DNA of 64,000 nt from an uncultured Planctomycetota bacterium (lineage in GTDB: Bacteria; Planctomycetota; Phycisphaerae; Tepidisphaerales; Tepidisphaeraceae). The stretch covers positions 1,248,001-1,312,000 of the forward strand of contig CAWJEN010000006.1 of NCBI GenBank assembly GCA_963841915.1. Reading direction: 5' to 3'. A program made the translations under genes and the position numbers. The notes under the pieces are model-generated. The model ran no database searches. It worked only from the letters and a program-made list of their open reading frames with translations, and had not been told where the DNA came from. Shown piece by piece: positions 37,153 through 47,873 of this stretch (positions are counted from its first letter, which is position 1; each line of letters starts with the position of its first letter).

Positions 37153-38124
37153 TCAGGTGCTCGGCATGGCTGCGAGCCAGACTGCGTCGGCTGATGCTTC
37201 GACATCGCGTGCTTCACAGGCAGCCGGAACGAGCAGCGTGGTGCCCACGCTCGCGGCGACGCCGCCGACGGTCGCGTTGCCCTGCACGACCATGCAGACG
37301 ACGCAACCAGCCGGTAGCGTGCCAGAGCCGGTCGTGCGGGTCAATTTGAATTGCGGTGCGGACGTGATGACGCCATCACCGGTAGCCGGCGGAGGAGCCT
37401 GCGGGCCTGTGCCTGCAAAGTCGATGCACTGCATCGCCTGATCGACGTGCAGCTCCCGTTCTTCGCCGGTTTTGGGGTCTTTGCGTTTGAAGTCGTAAAC
37501 GCGGTACGTCGTGTCGCTGGGCGTTTGTACCTCTGCCACGAGGATGCCACCGCCAAGAGCGTGGACGGTGCCGCTGGGCAGATAGTGGCACGACCCCAGC
37601 TCAGGCGGGACGGCGTTGATGAGGTTTTCGACGGTGCCATTTTCGATGCTCGCGGCGAACTGTTCCTTCGTGACGCCGGGCTTGAGGCCTTTGAGCAGCC
37701 GCTTATTCGGCTCGGTCTGCAGGACGTACCACGTCTCGTTCTTGAGGTGAGCGTCCGCGTGAGCAGAGGCGTAGGCGTCGTCGGGGTGGACCTGCACGCT
37801 CAGGTCATCGCCTGCGTCGAGGAACTTGATCAGCAGCGGAAACTGCGGACCGTGCGGCGTGGCGACGGGCTTCGCGTCGCCGAGCAGCTTGGCACGCGTC
37901 GCGTCGTCGGCCATAAGGTCGTGGAGCGTTGTGCCGTCTGACGTGGCGGCGCTCGACCATGCTTCTTTGTCGACGACGCCGGGCGGGAAGTCGAAAAGTT
38001 CCCAAGATTCGCCGATGGGCTCATCGGCCGGCAGGTCTTTGCCGAACTGCTTGAGCCGACGGCCGCCCCACATTTTGGGGACAAGGCGTGGCTGAAAATA
38101 AAGGGGGCGTGACAGATCGGGCAT
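37153..38124 (-). CDS. manA: class I mannose-6-phosphate isomerase
   Basis: WGGRRL, GESWE, PLLIKFLDA..LSVQVHP, GTVHA, EVQTPSDTTYR. Confidence 0.92.
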   Translation of the reverse strand: MPDLSRPLYFQPRLVPKMWGGRRLKQFGKDLPADEPIGESWELFDFPPGVVDKEAWSSAATSDGTTLHDLMADDATRAKLLGDAKPVATPHGPQFPLLIKFLDAGDDLSVQVHPDDAYASAHADAHLKNETWYVLQTEPNKRLLKGLKPGVTKEQFAASIENGTVENLINAVPPELGSCHYLPSGTVHALGGGILVAEVQTPSDTTYRVYDFKRKDPKTGEERELHVDQAMQCIDFAGTGPQAPPPATGDGVITSAPQFKLTRTTGSGTLPAGCVVCMVVQGNATVGGVAASVGTTLLVPAACEARDVEASADAVWLAAMPST

Positions 38125-38213
38125 AGCGAGTTGATGCGAGAGGTGGCAATGGAAGCGTTTGGGGCGGATACTAGAAGTCGACTCGCCCGGCCCTTTCCGC
38201 TGACGCCTACCTG

Positions 38214-39593
38214 ATGTCCGTCGCCAAGACATTTGTTATCGATACCAACGTGCTCTTGCACGACCCCAAAGCCCTGTTCGTCTTCGACGAGCACGACGTG
38301 GTCATCCCGTTCGAGGTGATCGAGGAGCTCGACACCTTCAAGACCCGCACCGACGAAGTCGGCCGGGCCGCCCGCGAGACGATCCGGCACCTCGATGCAT
38401 TCCGCAAGCGCGGCGTGCTGGCAGAGGGCGTGCGGGTCATTCATCCCGACACCGCTCACGAAGGTGGCTGCCTGACGGTCGTGCTCGACACCAACGGCAT
38501 CGAGGTGCCGGGCCTGCGGGCTCCGACGGTCGACAATCACATCATCCGATGTGCCATCAAGCTGCAACGCGAAGGCAAGAACGTCGTCTTCGTCTCGAAG
38601 GACATTGCCGCCCGAATCAAGGCGCACGCGATGGGCGTCTTCGTCGAAGATTACGAGAACAAGAAGGTCAACTTCGACGGCCTTTACCCCGGCCATCGCG
38701 ACCACGAGGCCGACAGCGAGCAGATCAACGATATCTTCCACGGCGACGGCCAAGTCGCGTTAGAGACGCTCGGGCTCGACGACCTCAACGGCAACGAGTT
38801 CGTCCTGCTCCGCAACAAGGATAACCCGACCCACACCGCCCTTGCCCGGGCGACGCCCGACGCACAATCGGTCCGTCCGGTCAAGCCGCTCAAGCGTCAC
38901 GTGTACGGCGTGATGCCGCGCAACCTGCAGCAGCAGATGGCCTTTGATCTGCTGCTCGACGACGATGTGAAACTCGTCACGCTCATCGGTCAGGCAGGCA
39001 CGGGTAAGACGCTGCTCGCCCTGGCGGCGGGCATGCAGAAAACAGTCAGCGACGGCTTGTATGCCAAGCTCCTCGTCGCCCGGCCGATCATGCCGATGGG
39101 GCGTGACATCGGGTACCTGCCCGGAGACAAAGACGAAAAGCTCGGGGCTTGGATGCAGCCGATCTTCGACAACCTGACCTACCTGCTCGGCCAACGCCTC
39201 AACGGGCACGGCGACGACAAGAGCGAAGATCAAAAGCAACAGATGCGCGGCATCGAGGGCAAAATTGAATCGCTCATGCAAAGCGGCATCGTCGTTCTCG
39301 AACCGCTGACCTATATCCGCGGCAGGAGCATTCCAGACCAGTTCATGGTTGTCGACGAGGCTCAGAACCTCACGCCGCACGAGATCAAGACGATCGCCAG
39401 CCGCGTCGGCGAAGGGACCAAGCTCATCTTCACCGGTGACCCGACGCAGATCGACAATCCTTACCTCGACGCCAGCAGCAACGGCCTGACGTACCTCGTC
39501 GAGCGACTCAAGGGTAAAGACCTGGTCGGCCACGTCACACTCGCCAAGGCCGAACGAAGTGCACTGGCGACCTTGGCGGCAGAGGCTCTATAA
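38214..39593 (+). CDS. phoH: PIN domain-PhoH family ATPase (PhoH2)
   Basis: IDTNVLLHDP (PIN), GQAGTGKT, YIRGRS, VDEAQN, GDPTQID. Confidence 0.92.
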   Translation: MSVAKTFVIDTNVLLHDPKALFVFDEHDVVIPFEVIEELDTFKTRTDEVGRAARETIRHLDAFRKRGVLAEGVRVIHPDTAHEGGCLTVVLDTNGIEVPGLRAPTVDNHIIRCAIKLQREGKNVVFVSKDIAARIKAHAMGVFVEDYENKKVNFDGLYPGHRDHEADSEQINDIFHGDGQVALETLGLDDLNGNEFVLLRNKDNPTHTALARATPDAQSVRPVKPLKRHVYGVMPRNLQQQMAFDLLLDDDVKLVTLIGQAGTGKTLLALAAGMQKTVSDGLYAKLLVARPIMPMGRDIGYLPGDKDEKLGAWMQPIFDNLTYLLGQRLNGHGDDKSEDQKQQMRGIEGKIESLMQSGIVVLEPLTYIRGRSIPDQFMVVDEAQNLTPHEIKTIASRVGEGTKLIFTGDPTQIDNPYLDASSNGLTYLVERLKGKDLVGHVTLAKAERSALATLAAEAL

Positions 39594-39815
39594 CCGGCAC
39601 AGGCTGCACGGCCTGATGCAGGATAATCCGCCCGCCTTGACTAGATCGGACGTCGGATCGGGATCTTCTGGCGCATCGTGACCGGCGTTCCGTGCCATCG
39701 TGGTGCGATGGGCCTGAGTGGCTCAAAGATTCTCTCTTTTAACGGCGTCCTACCCGTGAATCTGCTTGTCGTCGGCCCCGCCACCCGTTAGGTTCTGATT
39801 GTCCGGAGACACCCA

Positions 39816-41207
39816 ATGCAACGCATCCTCTACACGTCCGTTCTTGTCGTGCCGGTGCTGTCGGCCGCGTCCACGGTGTCGGCTGATGTCGTGCTTGATT
39901 GGAACGCGATGGCCTGCAACATCATGGTCGCCGACACGGATCTGCAAAATCCAGGCATGGCGTCGCGGTCGATGGCGATGGTCAACCTTGCCCTGCACGA
40001 CGGCGTCGCATTGACGACTCCCGGCTTCGGCGACTCCTTCTACGGCTACGGCACGACAGCTCAGTCGCTCGGCCAGTCAGCCGACCGAAACGTCGCCGCC
40101 GCCGTCGCGGCGCACACGGTGTTCATGGCCAATTACCCGGGCCAGAGCACGATGCTCAACGGCCTGCTGAACCAGACGCTCGGCAGCGTCGCCGACGGCC
40201 CCGCCAAGCAAAGCGGCCTGGCCCTGGGCCAGCTCATCGGCAGCAACATCGTCGCTAACCGGGCCAAAGACGGCTGGGACAGCTCCGTTCAGTACACGCA
40301 CACCAACGAGCCGGGGCACTGGCAGCCCGACCCGCTCAACCCGGATCAGCAGGCGTGGGGCCCGGCGTGGGGCAACGTGCAGACATTCGCCCTGCAAACG
40401 CCGAGCGACTTCGCCCCGCCCGAGATGCCGGCGCTGACGAGTCAGGCTTACGCCGACGCCTTCAACGAGGTCAAATCTCTCGGCAGCGTCGAATCGACCG
40501 CACGCACGAGCGAGCAGACGGAGATTGGACTGTTCTGGGCCTACGACCGCGAGGGCATGGGCACGCCGATGCGGCTGTACAACCAGGCCCTTTCGACCGT
40601 CGCCCAGCAGCAAGGCAACACGCTGGAGGACAACGCCAAGCTGTTCGCCAAAGCCGCCGTCGCGACGGCCGATGCGGGCGTCGTGGCATGGCAGAGCAAG
40701 TTTGAGCACGACTTCTGGCGGCCCGTCACCGGGATCCGCGAAGCCGACACCGACGGTAATCCATTGACCGAGGCCGACCCTAACTGGACGCCGCTCGGTG
40801 CGCCCGATGGCCAAGGCGGTGTCGGCTTTACGCCGCCCTTCCCGACGTACCTGTCCGGCCACGCCACGTTCGGCGGCGCGATCTTCGGGGCGCTTCAGGC
40901 CTTCTACGGCACCGACGACATCACCTTCACGCTGCAAAGCGAAGAACTGGTCGACCTCGTCGCCGCCGGTGTCTTCGACGACGACCTACGCACGTTCGAC
41001 AGCTTCAGCGAGGCCATGGCCGAGAACGGGCGTAGCCGCGTCTATCTCGGCATTCACTGGAACTTCGACGACACCGAAGCACAAATCGTCGGCAGCAACA
41101 TCGCCGACAGCGTCTTTGCCAACGCCTTTGTCGCGGTGCCTGAGCCGGGCACGGCAGGCCTGATTGCGATCGGCAGCCTGGTGCTGCTGCGTCGACGTCG
41201 TCATTGA
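39816..41207 (+). CDS. PEP-CTERM vanadium-dependent haloperoxidase (PAP2 superfamily)
   Basis: Signal peptide; SKFEHDFWRP, PPFPTYLSGH, SRVYLGIHW; C-terminal VPEP-TM-RRRH. Confidence 0.85.
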   Translation: MQRILYTSVLVVPVLSAASTVSADVVLDWNAMACNIMVADTDLQNPGMASRSMAMVNLALHDGVALTTPGFGDSFYGYGTTAQSLGQSADRNVAAAVAAHTVFMANYPGQSTMLNGLLNQTLGSVADGPAKQSGLALGQLIGSNIVANRAKDGWDSSVQYTHTNEPGHWQPDPLNPDQQAWGPAWGNVQTFALQTPSDFAPPEMPALTSQAYADAFNEVKSLGSVESTARTSEQTEIGLFWAYDREGMGTPMRLYNQALSTVAQQQGNTLEDNAKLFAKAAVATADAGVVAWQSKFEHDFWRPVTGIREADTDGNPLTEADPNWTPLGAPDGQGGVGFTPPFPTYLSGHATFGGAIFGALQAFYGTDDITFTLQSEELVDLVAAGVFDDDLRTFDSFSEAMAENGRSRVYLGIHWNFDDTEAQIVGSNIADSVFANAFVAVPEPGTAGLIAIGSLVLLRRRRH

Positions 41208-41285
41208 CGCCACTGACGCTCGTCTTCTTCCGACCGCCGCCACCCGTCCCAACCGCCCGCCACCTGACAAGATGGCGATGCGGTT

Positions 41286-41585
41286 TCAATTCGCCGCAAC
41301 GACCTTCTCGACAAAGGCGACACGATCGACGAGGTGCGCCTCGATGCCGTCTCGCAGCGTCATGTCGCTGCTGGGGCAACCGACGCAGGCGCCTAAGAAG
41401 CGGATGGTCACGGTGCCGTCGACGACGCTGACGAGTTCGACGTCACCGCCGTCTTCGCGGACGGCCGGGCGGATGAGCTCCAGGGCGGCTTCAACTTCCC
41501 GTTCCCGCGGCCCGTTAGGCGCGACCGGCTGGACCGACGGGCCCTTCCGTTTTCGCGTCTTTCGTACCAGCGGGAGCGACGGCAT
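41286..41585 (-). CDS. NifU-like Fe-S cluster carrier
   Basis: IRPAVREDGGDVEL, GACVGCPSS..TL. Confidence 0.9.
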   Translation of the reverse strand: MPSLPLVRKTRKRKGPSVQPVAPNGPREREVEAALELIRPAVREDGGDVELVSVVDGTVTIRFLGACVGCPSSDMTLRDGIEAHLVDRVAFVEKVVAAN

Positions 41586-41693
41586 CGCCTCCATACTACA
41601 CGCGCGGACACGATGCCAAGTATGGGACGCCACCACGTCGCCCGACATGTTATCGGCCGATGCGTCACGGCAAGGAGACACTACCGTGTCACC

Positions 41694-43106
41694 ATGCTGC
41701 TGCCCCTGCTTGCTGCGTCGGAGCCTTCAGTCGTTGCCGGTGATGCTGCCGGCCTGCCCGTCGGTCAGACGGCGGCGGCGTTGCTGGTGCTGACGGCCCT
41801 CTTCGCCTGGCTCAACGTCAAGTTCGTCAAACTGCCGACCACTATCGGCGTCATGGCGCTCGCACTGGCGGCCTCTCTGCTCGCTCTTGCCGCCCACGAA
41901 CTGTTCGGCCTCACGCTCGACGATCAGGCAGAACGCATCGTCGCCGGCATCGACTTCGAGGCCTTTGTGCTCGAAGGCGTGCTGGGTTTCCTGCTGTTCG
42001 CCGGCGCGTTGCACGTCGACCTCAATGACCTGCTTCGGCAAAAGTGGGTCATCACCGTGCTTGCGACCCTGGGCGTCGTTGCCAGCGTCTGCGTGGTCGG
42101 GTCGATGGCCTACTTCATCCTGCCGTTGATGGGATTCGAGCTGTCGATCGCACAGGCGTTGCTGCTGGGTGCCGTCGTAACACCGACAGATCCGATCGCG
42201 GTGCTCGGCCTCATGAAGTCGGCCGGTGTGCCCAAAGATCTCGAGACGAAGGTCACCGGCGAGTCGCTCTTCAACGATGGCGTCGGTGTCGTCGTCTTCC
42301 TGGCGCTGCTCGGCATCGCCTACCCGAGCCTGAGCCACAACGGCGGCGAAGCCGAGAGCACGACCAGCCTTATGGCCGACATCGGAGCGTTGTTCCTCGT
42401 CGAAGTCGGTGGCGGCATCCTGGCGGGCCTCGTCGCCGGCTATATCGCCTACCTCTTCATCAAGCGGATCGATCGGTACAGCGTCGAGGTGCTGATCACG
42501 CTCGCACTCGTCACAGCCGTCTATGTTTTCTGTGGCAGCGTCAACCTGTTGGGCCACCACCTCAGTGGTCCGCTCGCCGCCGTCGTCGCTGGCCTGCTCA
42601 TGGGCAACAAGGGCCGCGTCACAGGCATGAGCGACACGACACGCGAACACCTCGACGTCTTCTGGGAGCTGGTCGACGAGGTGCTGAACGCAGTGCTGTT
42701 CGTTCTGATCGGGCTCGAGGTGCTGATCCTGCAGTTCACGGGCAAAGCGCTGCTGGCGGGGCTGGTCATGATCCCTGTGGTGCTGATTGCCCGCTTCGTT
42801 GCCGTCGGCGGCGGTGTGGAGCTGCTCAAGCGGACGAAGCTGCGGACCTCCTTCACGCCCGGTGCCCGACGCGTTCTCGTCTGGGCGGGCCTTCGCGGCG
42901 GGATCAGCGTCGCACTCGCCCTGGCCATTCCTAGGGGTGTCGGTGAGGAGGCGGCCACCCGCGACGCCATCGTAACGGTCGCATATCTCGTTGTTGCCTT
43001 CAGTATCCTCGTGCAGGGGCCGACGGTCCCGCTGGTTGTGCGGCGGGCGGTTCCCAAGTCGCTCCTGGCCGGTCAGCGGGAGTATCCGCGCGAAGGTGAC
43101 AATTGA
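41694..43106 (+). CDS. nhaP: CPA1 Na+/H+ antiporter (NhaP type)
   Basis: [36 protein letters not shown]. Confidence 0.9.
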   Translation: MLLPLLAASEPSVVAGDAAGLPVGQTAAALLVLTALFAWLNVKFVKLPTTIGVMALALAASLLALAAHELFGLTLDDQAERIVAGIDFEAFVLEGVLGFLLFAGALHVDLNDLLRQKWVITVLATLGVVASVCVVGSMAYFILPLMGFELSIAQALLLGAVVTPTDPIAVLGLMKSAGVPKDLETKVTGESLFNDGVGVVVFLALLGIAYPSLSHNGGEAESTTSLMADIGALFLVEVGGGILAGLVAGYIAYLFIKRIDRYSVEVLITLALVTAVYVFCGSVNLLGHHLSGPLAAVVAGLLMGNKGRVTGMSDTTREHLDVFWELVDEVLNAVLFVLIGLEVLILQFTGKALLAGLVMIPVVLIARFVAVGGGVELLKRTKLRTSFTPGARRVLVWAGLRGGISVALALAIPRGVGEEAATRDAIVTVAYLVVAFSILVQGPTVPLVVRRAVPKSLLAGQREYPREGDN

Positions 43107-43159
43107 AAGACAGACCGGCCGGATCATGCCGCCGTGCCAACAACCCGATACGACGGGTG

Positions 43160-44224
43160 ATGTACGAAAAGCTCGTCTCAGCCTCCGACGCCATCAGCAC
43201 GACCGCCCGCGACTCGCTCAGCGAGATCGAAGCCGTGACGCGTGCGACGAAGATGCTCGCCATCAACGCCCTCATCGAGGCCGCGCACGCCGGTGAGCGC
43301 GGTAAGGGGTTTGCCGTCGTCGCCGAAGAGGTCGGGCGCATCAGCGACTCGGTCCGCACCATCACCGGCAACCTCCGCGGCCGGCTCGACACGCAGTTCG
43401 AGGAGTTGGCGACCCTCAGCAGCTCGCTACGCACCGACGTCAACGGCACCCGCATGGCCGACTTGGCGTTGATGATCATTGACGTGATCGACCGCAACCT
43501 GTTCGAGCGTTCATGTGACGTGCGATGGTGGGCGACCGACGGTGCCGTGGTCGATGTGCTGGAGAAGCCTTCACCTGCCGCCGCCGCTCATGCGTCGTCG
43601 CGTCTGGGCGTCATTCTCGACAGCTACACCGTCTACCTCGACCTGTGGATTGCCGACGCAAGCGGCCGCGTCGTCGCCAACGGTCGGCCCGACAAGTACC
43701 CCGGCGTCGTCGGTACGAACGTGACCGACTCGTCGTGGTTCCGCGAGTCGATGCAGCTTCGCAGCGGCGAGGATTACGCCGTCGACGACGTGGCCGAATC
43801 GCCACACCTCGGCGGAAGTGAAGTCGCCACCTATGCCACCGCCATCCGAGCAGGCGGCGTCAGCAACGGCAAAGCCCTTGGGGCGATGGGCATCTTCTTC
43901 GACTGGGGCGACCAGTCGCAGGACGTCGTCTCGAAGGTGCGGCTCAGCGACGAAGAACGCGACCGCAGCCGTGCCATGATCGTCGACCGCGACGGCCGCG
44001 TCATCGCCGACAGCACGGGCCAGGGTGGCAAGTTCGTCATCCAGCACGAGAACAAGAAGAGCGGCTTCTACGCTGAGCGAGACGGCACGCTCATCGGCTT
44101 TGCCGCCACACCGGGCTACGAAACGTACGAAGGCTTGGGCTGGTACGGCGTTATCGCCCAGAAGCCGGCAGGCAAGGCCGCTGCCACCGCGTCGGCGACG
44201 CCGACTATGCGACTCGCCGCATAA
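43160..44224 (+). CDS. soluble chemoreceptor-like protein: short N-terminal MCP signalling tip plus C-terminal Cache-like domain
   Basis: [44 protein letters not shown]; no TM helix. Confidence 0.8.
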   Translation: MYEKLVSASDAISTTARDSLSEIEAVTRATKMLAINALIEAAHAGERGKGFAVVAEEVGRISDSVRTITGNLRGRLDTQFEELATLSSSLRTDVNGTRMADLALMIIDVIDRNLFERSCDVRWWATDGAVVDVLEKPSPAAAAHASSRLGVILDSYTVYLDLWIADASGRVVANGRPDKYPGVVGTNVTDSSWFRESMQLRSGEDYAVDDVAESPHLGGSEVATYATAIRAGGVSNGKALGAMGIFFDWGDQSQDVVSKVRLSDEERDRSRAMIVDRDGRVIADSTGQGGKFVIQHENKKSGFYAERDGTLIGFAATPGYETYEGLGWYGVIAQKPAGKAAATASATPTMRLAA

Positions 44225-44253
44225 CGAACCGGGCCGGGCACTACCGTCGCCTC

Positions 44254-45132
44254 ATGCCCGCCAACCCGCTTAAACTCGCCAGCCAGGCTCGTGGCGACCT
44301 ACGGTCGGCGGCCACGGCAGCACGCGACGGTCGCTTCGACGCACTCTCTGTCGACATCGCCACGCTGGCCGCAACCCGCAATTCCGAGTCGGCCAAACGT
44401 GAAGTCAGGGCCCTGCTCAGCCGCCACGGCCTGGCGCCGGCGGCGCTGCGGTGCAAACTGCCGGGCAAAGGCCTCAGCAGCGACGCCGACGGCGATCGCG
44501 TATTTGACGAGCTTTGCCGTGCGATGAAGTTGTGCCGCGGCGTCGGATTTGCCCTCGTGTCGTGTGACTTAGGTGCGGTGCCACGGTCGGTCCAGCCCAA
44601 AGCCAAGGCTAAGGCAATTGATCCCGGCCTGCTCGGCGCGCTCATCTTGCCGACGAGCGACGACGTGGCTTCGCTCATCGGCGGAAACGAGGACGCGGCC
44701 AGCGAGCCGCTGACGGCTAAGGAGCGCGAGCACGCTGCTCTTGCGACCGACGTGCTGCGCGAAGTGGGCGACGCGGCAGATCGACTCGGCATCGCAGTCG
44801 CCTTCGATGCGACGCTGGCCTCGTCGCAGGATTTGGGTGCCTTGCTGAAGGCGGCGGACTGCGGGCTCTTCTTTCGCGAACTCGATACGGCTGCGTCTGT
44901 GACGGAGCTTGCCGCCGATGTCTCGGCCGTCGTCGGGTCGTCGCCGGCGATTCTGCACGTACGGGCTGCCGACGCTCAATCGGCCGGCGGGCGGACGCGG
45001 CAGATTGCGATGGGCAAGGGCGATGTGCCCTTTGCGACCCTGCTGGAAGCACTCGAGGAGGCCGACTTTGCAGGGTTTGTCACGCTGCCACCGGACGTGT
45101 CGCGTCGGGCGTGGCAGGCAGCGACCGCCTGA
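44254..45132 (+). CDS. divergent xylose isomerase-like TIM barrel protein
   Basis: HVRAADA, MGKGDVPF, DFAGFVTL; most metal ligands not recognisable. Confidence 0.65.
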   Translation: MPANPLKLASQARGDLRSAATAARDGRFDALSVDIATLAATRNSESAKREVRALLSRHGLAPAALRCKLPGKGLSSDADGDRVFDELCRAMKLCRGVGFALVSCDLGAVPRSVQPKAKAKAIDPGLLGALILPTSDDVASLIGGNEDAASEPLTAKEREHAALATDVLREVGDAADRLGIAVAFDATLASSQDLGALLKAADCGLFFRELDTAASVTELAADVSAVVGSSPAILHVRAADAQSAGGRTRQIAMGKGDVPFATLLEALEEADFAGFVTLPPDVSRRAWQAATA

Positions 45133-45135
45133 TCA

Positions 45136-46077
45136 TCACGCCGCCGCAGCCAGGACACGTTGATCGACGAAGAGCGCCAGCAACTCGCCGCGTGAGCTGA
45201 CGTCGAACTCGGTGTAGAGGCGTTTGACGTGCGTGTGGACGGTGTGCGTCGAGACGCCGAGGTCGTTGGCCACTTCTTTTTCGCTGTACCCTCGAAGCAG
45301 GAGCAGCAGGACATCGCGTTGACGGTCCGAGAGTTCGTGGTCGCTCATCGGGTTATGGAACGCCTCGGTTGGCCCACCACCGGGCTGTTGTGTCGGCATG
45401 GACAGAATCGCCCCGCTGCCGAACAGCTCGCGGTACAGCATGGGTGCCGCCGCCCGAAGCACGAGCGAGGCGAGTCGTCGATCCGCCTGCGAGAAGGCGG
45501 GCCGATCCGGGCGGCCGTAGGTCGTCATGCCGATCATGCTGTCGGGCCCGCTGGCCCAGACGGCGACCATGAGGTCGTTCCAGCCGTGCTGTGCGAGGTG
45601 CTTTTCGACGATTTCCCGCTTGTACCAGCCGCTGTAGGTGACTGGCAGATCCTGACTGACGACGAACACACGCGGCTCGCGCAGGTTCTGCAGGACGTCA
45701 GGCATGATCATGCGGACGGCCGGCGCGGCGGCATCGATGAAGGCCTGCACGTCGGCATCAGGTCGCGGCTCGATCTTCTCGAGTATCGGGCCGACCGTCA
45801 CCCGTTCAACGATCCGTGGGCCTGCCTTGCGGCTCAGGTCGTCGTGGAGGATCAATTGGACGTCGTGATTGTGATCGATGAGTCGCTGATACTCACGCAG
45901 CAACGCCTCGATCTTTTGCCGCGGTGGTACGCCGAGGTCGATGACGCGGTTGATCGCGTCGACGAGTGCTTCGGCAGTGCGCAGCGGCTCGACGAGCGGG
46001 TGGTAAGGCGGACGATGCGACTTCATCGCAGCGCTTGATGACGCGTCGGGCGAATGGCGTGGCAGGATTCGTTGCAT
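45136..46077 (-). CDS. LuxR-type C-terminal HTH transcriptional regulator
   Basis: LSDRQRDVLLLLLRGYSEKEVANDLGVSTHTVHTHVKRLY; start could be 46026. Confidence 0.88.
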   Translation of the reverse strand: MQRILPRHSPDASSSAAMKSHRPPYHPLVEPLRTAEALVDAINRVIDLGVPPRQKIEALLREYQRLIDHNHDVQLILHDDLSRKAGPRIVERVTVGPILEKIEPRPDADVQAFIDAAAPAVRMIMPDVLQNLREPRVFVVSQDLPVTYSGWYKREIVEKHLAQHGWNDLMVAVWASGPDSMIGMTTYGRPDRPAFSQADRRLASLVLRAAAPMLYRELFGSGAILSMPTQQPGGGPTEAFHNPMSDHELSDRQRDVLLLLLRGYSEKEVANDLGVSTHTVHTHVKRLYTEFDVSSRGELLALFVDQRVLAAAA

Positions 46078-46217
46078 GACAGTGCCTCCGTCTCCAAGGC
46101 CGTTCCCCTGACCTCTCGATCATCTCAGGACGTGCACGTTACTCTACCCACAATAGGGGGTCTTTGCCCATAATTCCGTGGAACAAGCGGCACGTTTCCC
46201 CCAATCTACCCTTCATC

Positions 46218-47003
46218 ATGCGTCCAGCTGATCGGTACTGTGCCATAGTGCGGCAGGCGGCTTTAGGCGGTCGGCCAGCGACCGCTCGGACAGGTTTGCG
46301 CAGCGGGCTTCTTCTGTGTGACGCCCTCGATGCCGAACCGGCAGCGGAGATGGATCCGACCAGCGGCGACAACGACGGCGGCGGACACAGGCGGCCCTAC
46401 TACCGGCACCTCGCTCGCTACGCCGCCGCGTTGGCCAGGCGAATCGATCCATCGCTGCCGATGCTCGGCGAGATGGTCACGACGCGGGCAGCAATCCCGA
46501 CGAATGAGCAACCACCCGCCCGTGTCGCCGCAGAAGTCTGCGTCGCCGCCTGGAGCGAGCTGGCCGATGTCGCCGCCGGAAACGCCACCGCCTCGGCGAC
46601 GCTCGACAGTCTTGCCTCCACGCAGTCTGCCGACGGGCCGCTGTTCGCGTTCGACAAGTTCAATGGCGACAACCCCGAACCGTGGTGGTATCACGAACTC
46701 GTCGCCCTGCACGCCCTGACGTCGTACGGCCGACTGACCCATACCGCACTGGCGACCCATTCGGCCCAGCGTGCCGCAGCGTTTCACCACGCCGAGACGC
46801 AACCCGATCACGCCACCGGACAACCCTGGGCAATCCACGCCTTCGCCGGCGAGGTCGAAATGATCCCGACCGCCGAGCTGCTGCTGCTCGCCTGCGGCAT
46901 CGGTCGGCCGGGTGGTGTGGACATCGTCAGCCGCTTGCTGCTGGCCGATGCCTGCGTCTGGCTAGACGGCGGGCCCGACAAGGTTGCTAAGGTGCAGCCA
47001 TGA
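46218..47003 (+). CDS. hypothetical protein
   Basis: ORF overlapping the next gene by ATGA; His-rich motifs [11 protein letters not shown] and [16 protein letters not shown] 5 nt before ATG. Confidence 0.65.
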   Translation: MRPADRYCAIVRQAALGGRPATARTGLRSGLLLCDALDAEPAAEMDPTSGDNDGGGHRRPYYRHLARYAAALARRIDPSLPMLGEMVTTRAAIPTNEQPPARVAAEVCVAAWSELADVAAGNATASATLDSLASTQSADGPLFAFDKFNGDNPEPWWYHELVALHALTSYGRLTHTALATHSAQRAAAFHHAETQPDHATGQPWAIHAFAGEVEMIPTAELLLLACGIGRPGGVDIVSRLLLADACVWLDGGPDKVAKVQP

Positions 47004-47245
47004 GCGATACCACGGTTCAGACGATCAGCGACGATCTGCTCGACTTGCTCCGCTGCCCGCTAACGCTGAGCCCACTGAGCCGCGACGGAGACAGCCTTGT
47101 CGCCGAGGTCGGAGGCCTGCGTTACCCGGTCCGCGACGGCATTCCCCAGATGCTTGCCGATGAGGCCGAGCTGCCCGAAGGCGTTGCATCGCTTGAGGAG
47201 CTTAAGACGAAGCTCCGCGGCGAAGGCCACACCGTTCGCGACTAA
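47000..47245 (+). CDS. Trm112 family protein
   Basis: [10 protein letters not shown]...[11 protein letters not shown]. Confidence 0.88.
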   Translation: MSDTTVQTISDDLLDLLRCPLTLSPLSRDGDSLVAEVGGLRYPVRDGIPQMLADEAELPEGVASLEELKTKLRGEGHTVRD

Positions 47246-47246
47246 G

Positions 47247-47870
47247 TCACCGCCACCGCATCTTGGCAATGACGCGGCCGGTTTGGCCGCCGAGTTCGTA
47301 AGCATGCGTCGTGCACGAGGCGCGTTCCTTGCGGATGATGAAGCGGGCGTCGTGCAGCTCTTCGTCGACCTTGGGGCCCTTCATTGCCAAGAGCGTGCCG
47401 CCGCGTCGCACGAGCGGGCGTGTCCATTCGAGCAGCTTTACGAGCGGAGCCACAGCCCGGGCGGTGACGACATCGAACTGCCCGTCGAGCCCCATCCGCT
47501 CGGCCCGACCATTGAAGACGGTCACGTTCTTTAGCCCGAGATCAGCCGCCGTTTCTTCGAGAAACGTCGCCTTCTTGCCCGTCGATTCGACAAGCGTCAC
47601 CGCCGCGTTGGGTCGCATGACCGCCAGCACGATGCCCGGTACGCCACCGCCACTGCCGACGTCGACAAGATCGAATTGCCCCGCCGCCGCCGTCGGCAGG
47701 TGCGGCAGGAGCTGCAACGCATCGCCGACGTGAAACACCTCGGCATCAGCGCGGTCGACAATCCGCGTCAGGTTGAAGTTCGTGTTGGCCTCGATGAGCA
47801 GATCGAGATACCGATGCAACTTCGCTTGCTGATCGGCTGGGAGATCGCTGAGTTTGGGTGCGTCAGGCAT
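47247..47870 (-). CDS. rsmG: 16S rRNA m7G527 methyltransferase
   Basis: NLTRI, HVGDAL, DVGSGGGVPG, TARAVA, LAMKG. Confidence 0.93.
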   Translation of the reverse strand: MPDAPKLSDLPADQQAKLHRYLDLLIEANTNFNLTRIVDRADAEVFHVGDALQLLPHLPTAAAGQFDLVDVGSGGGVPGIVLAVMRPNAAVTLVESTGKKATFLEETAADLGLKNVTVFNGRAERMGLDGQFDVVTARAVAPLVKLLEWTRPLVRRGGTLLAMKGPKVDEELHDARFIIRKERASCTTHAYELGGQTGRVIAKMRWR

Positions 47871-47873
47871 TAA

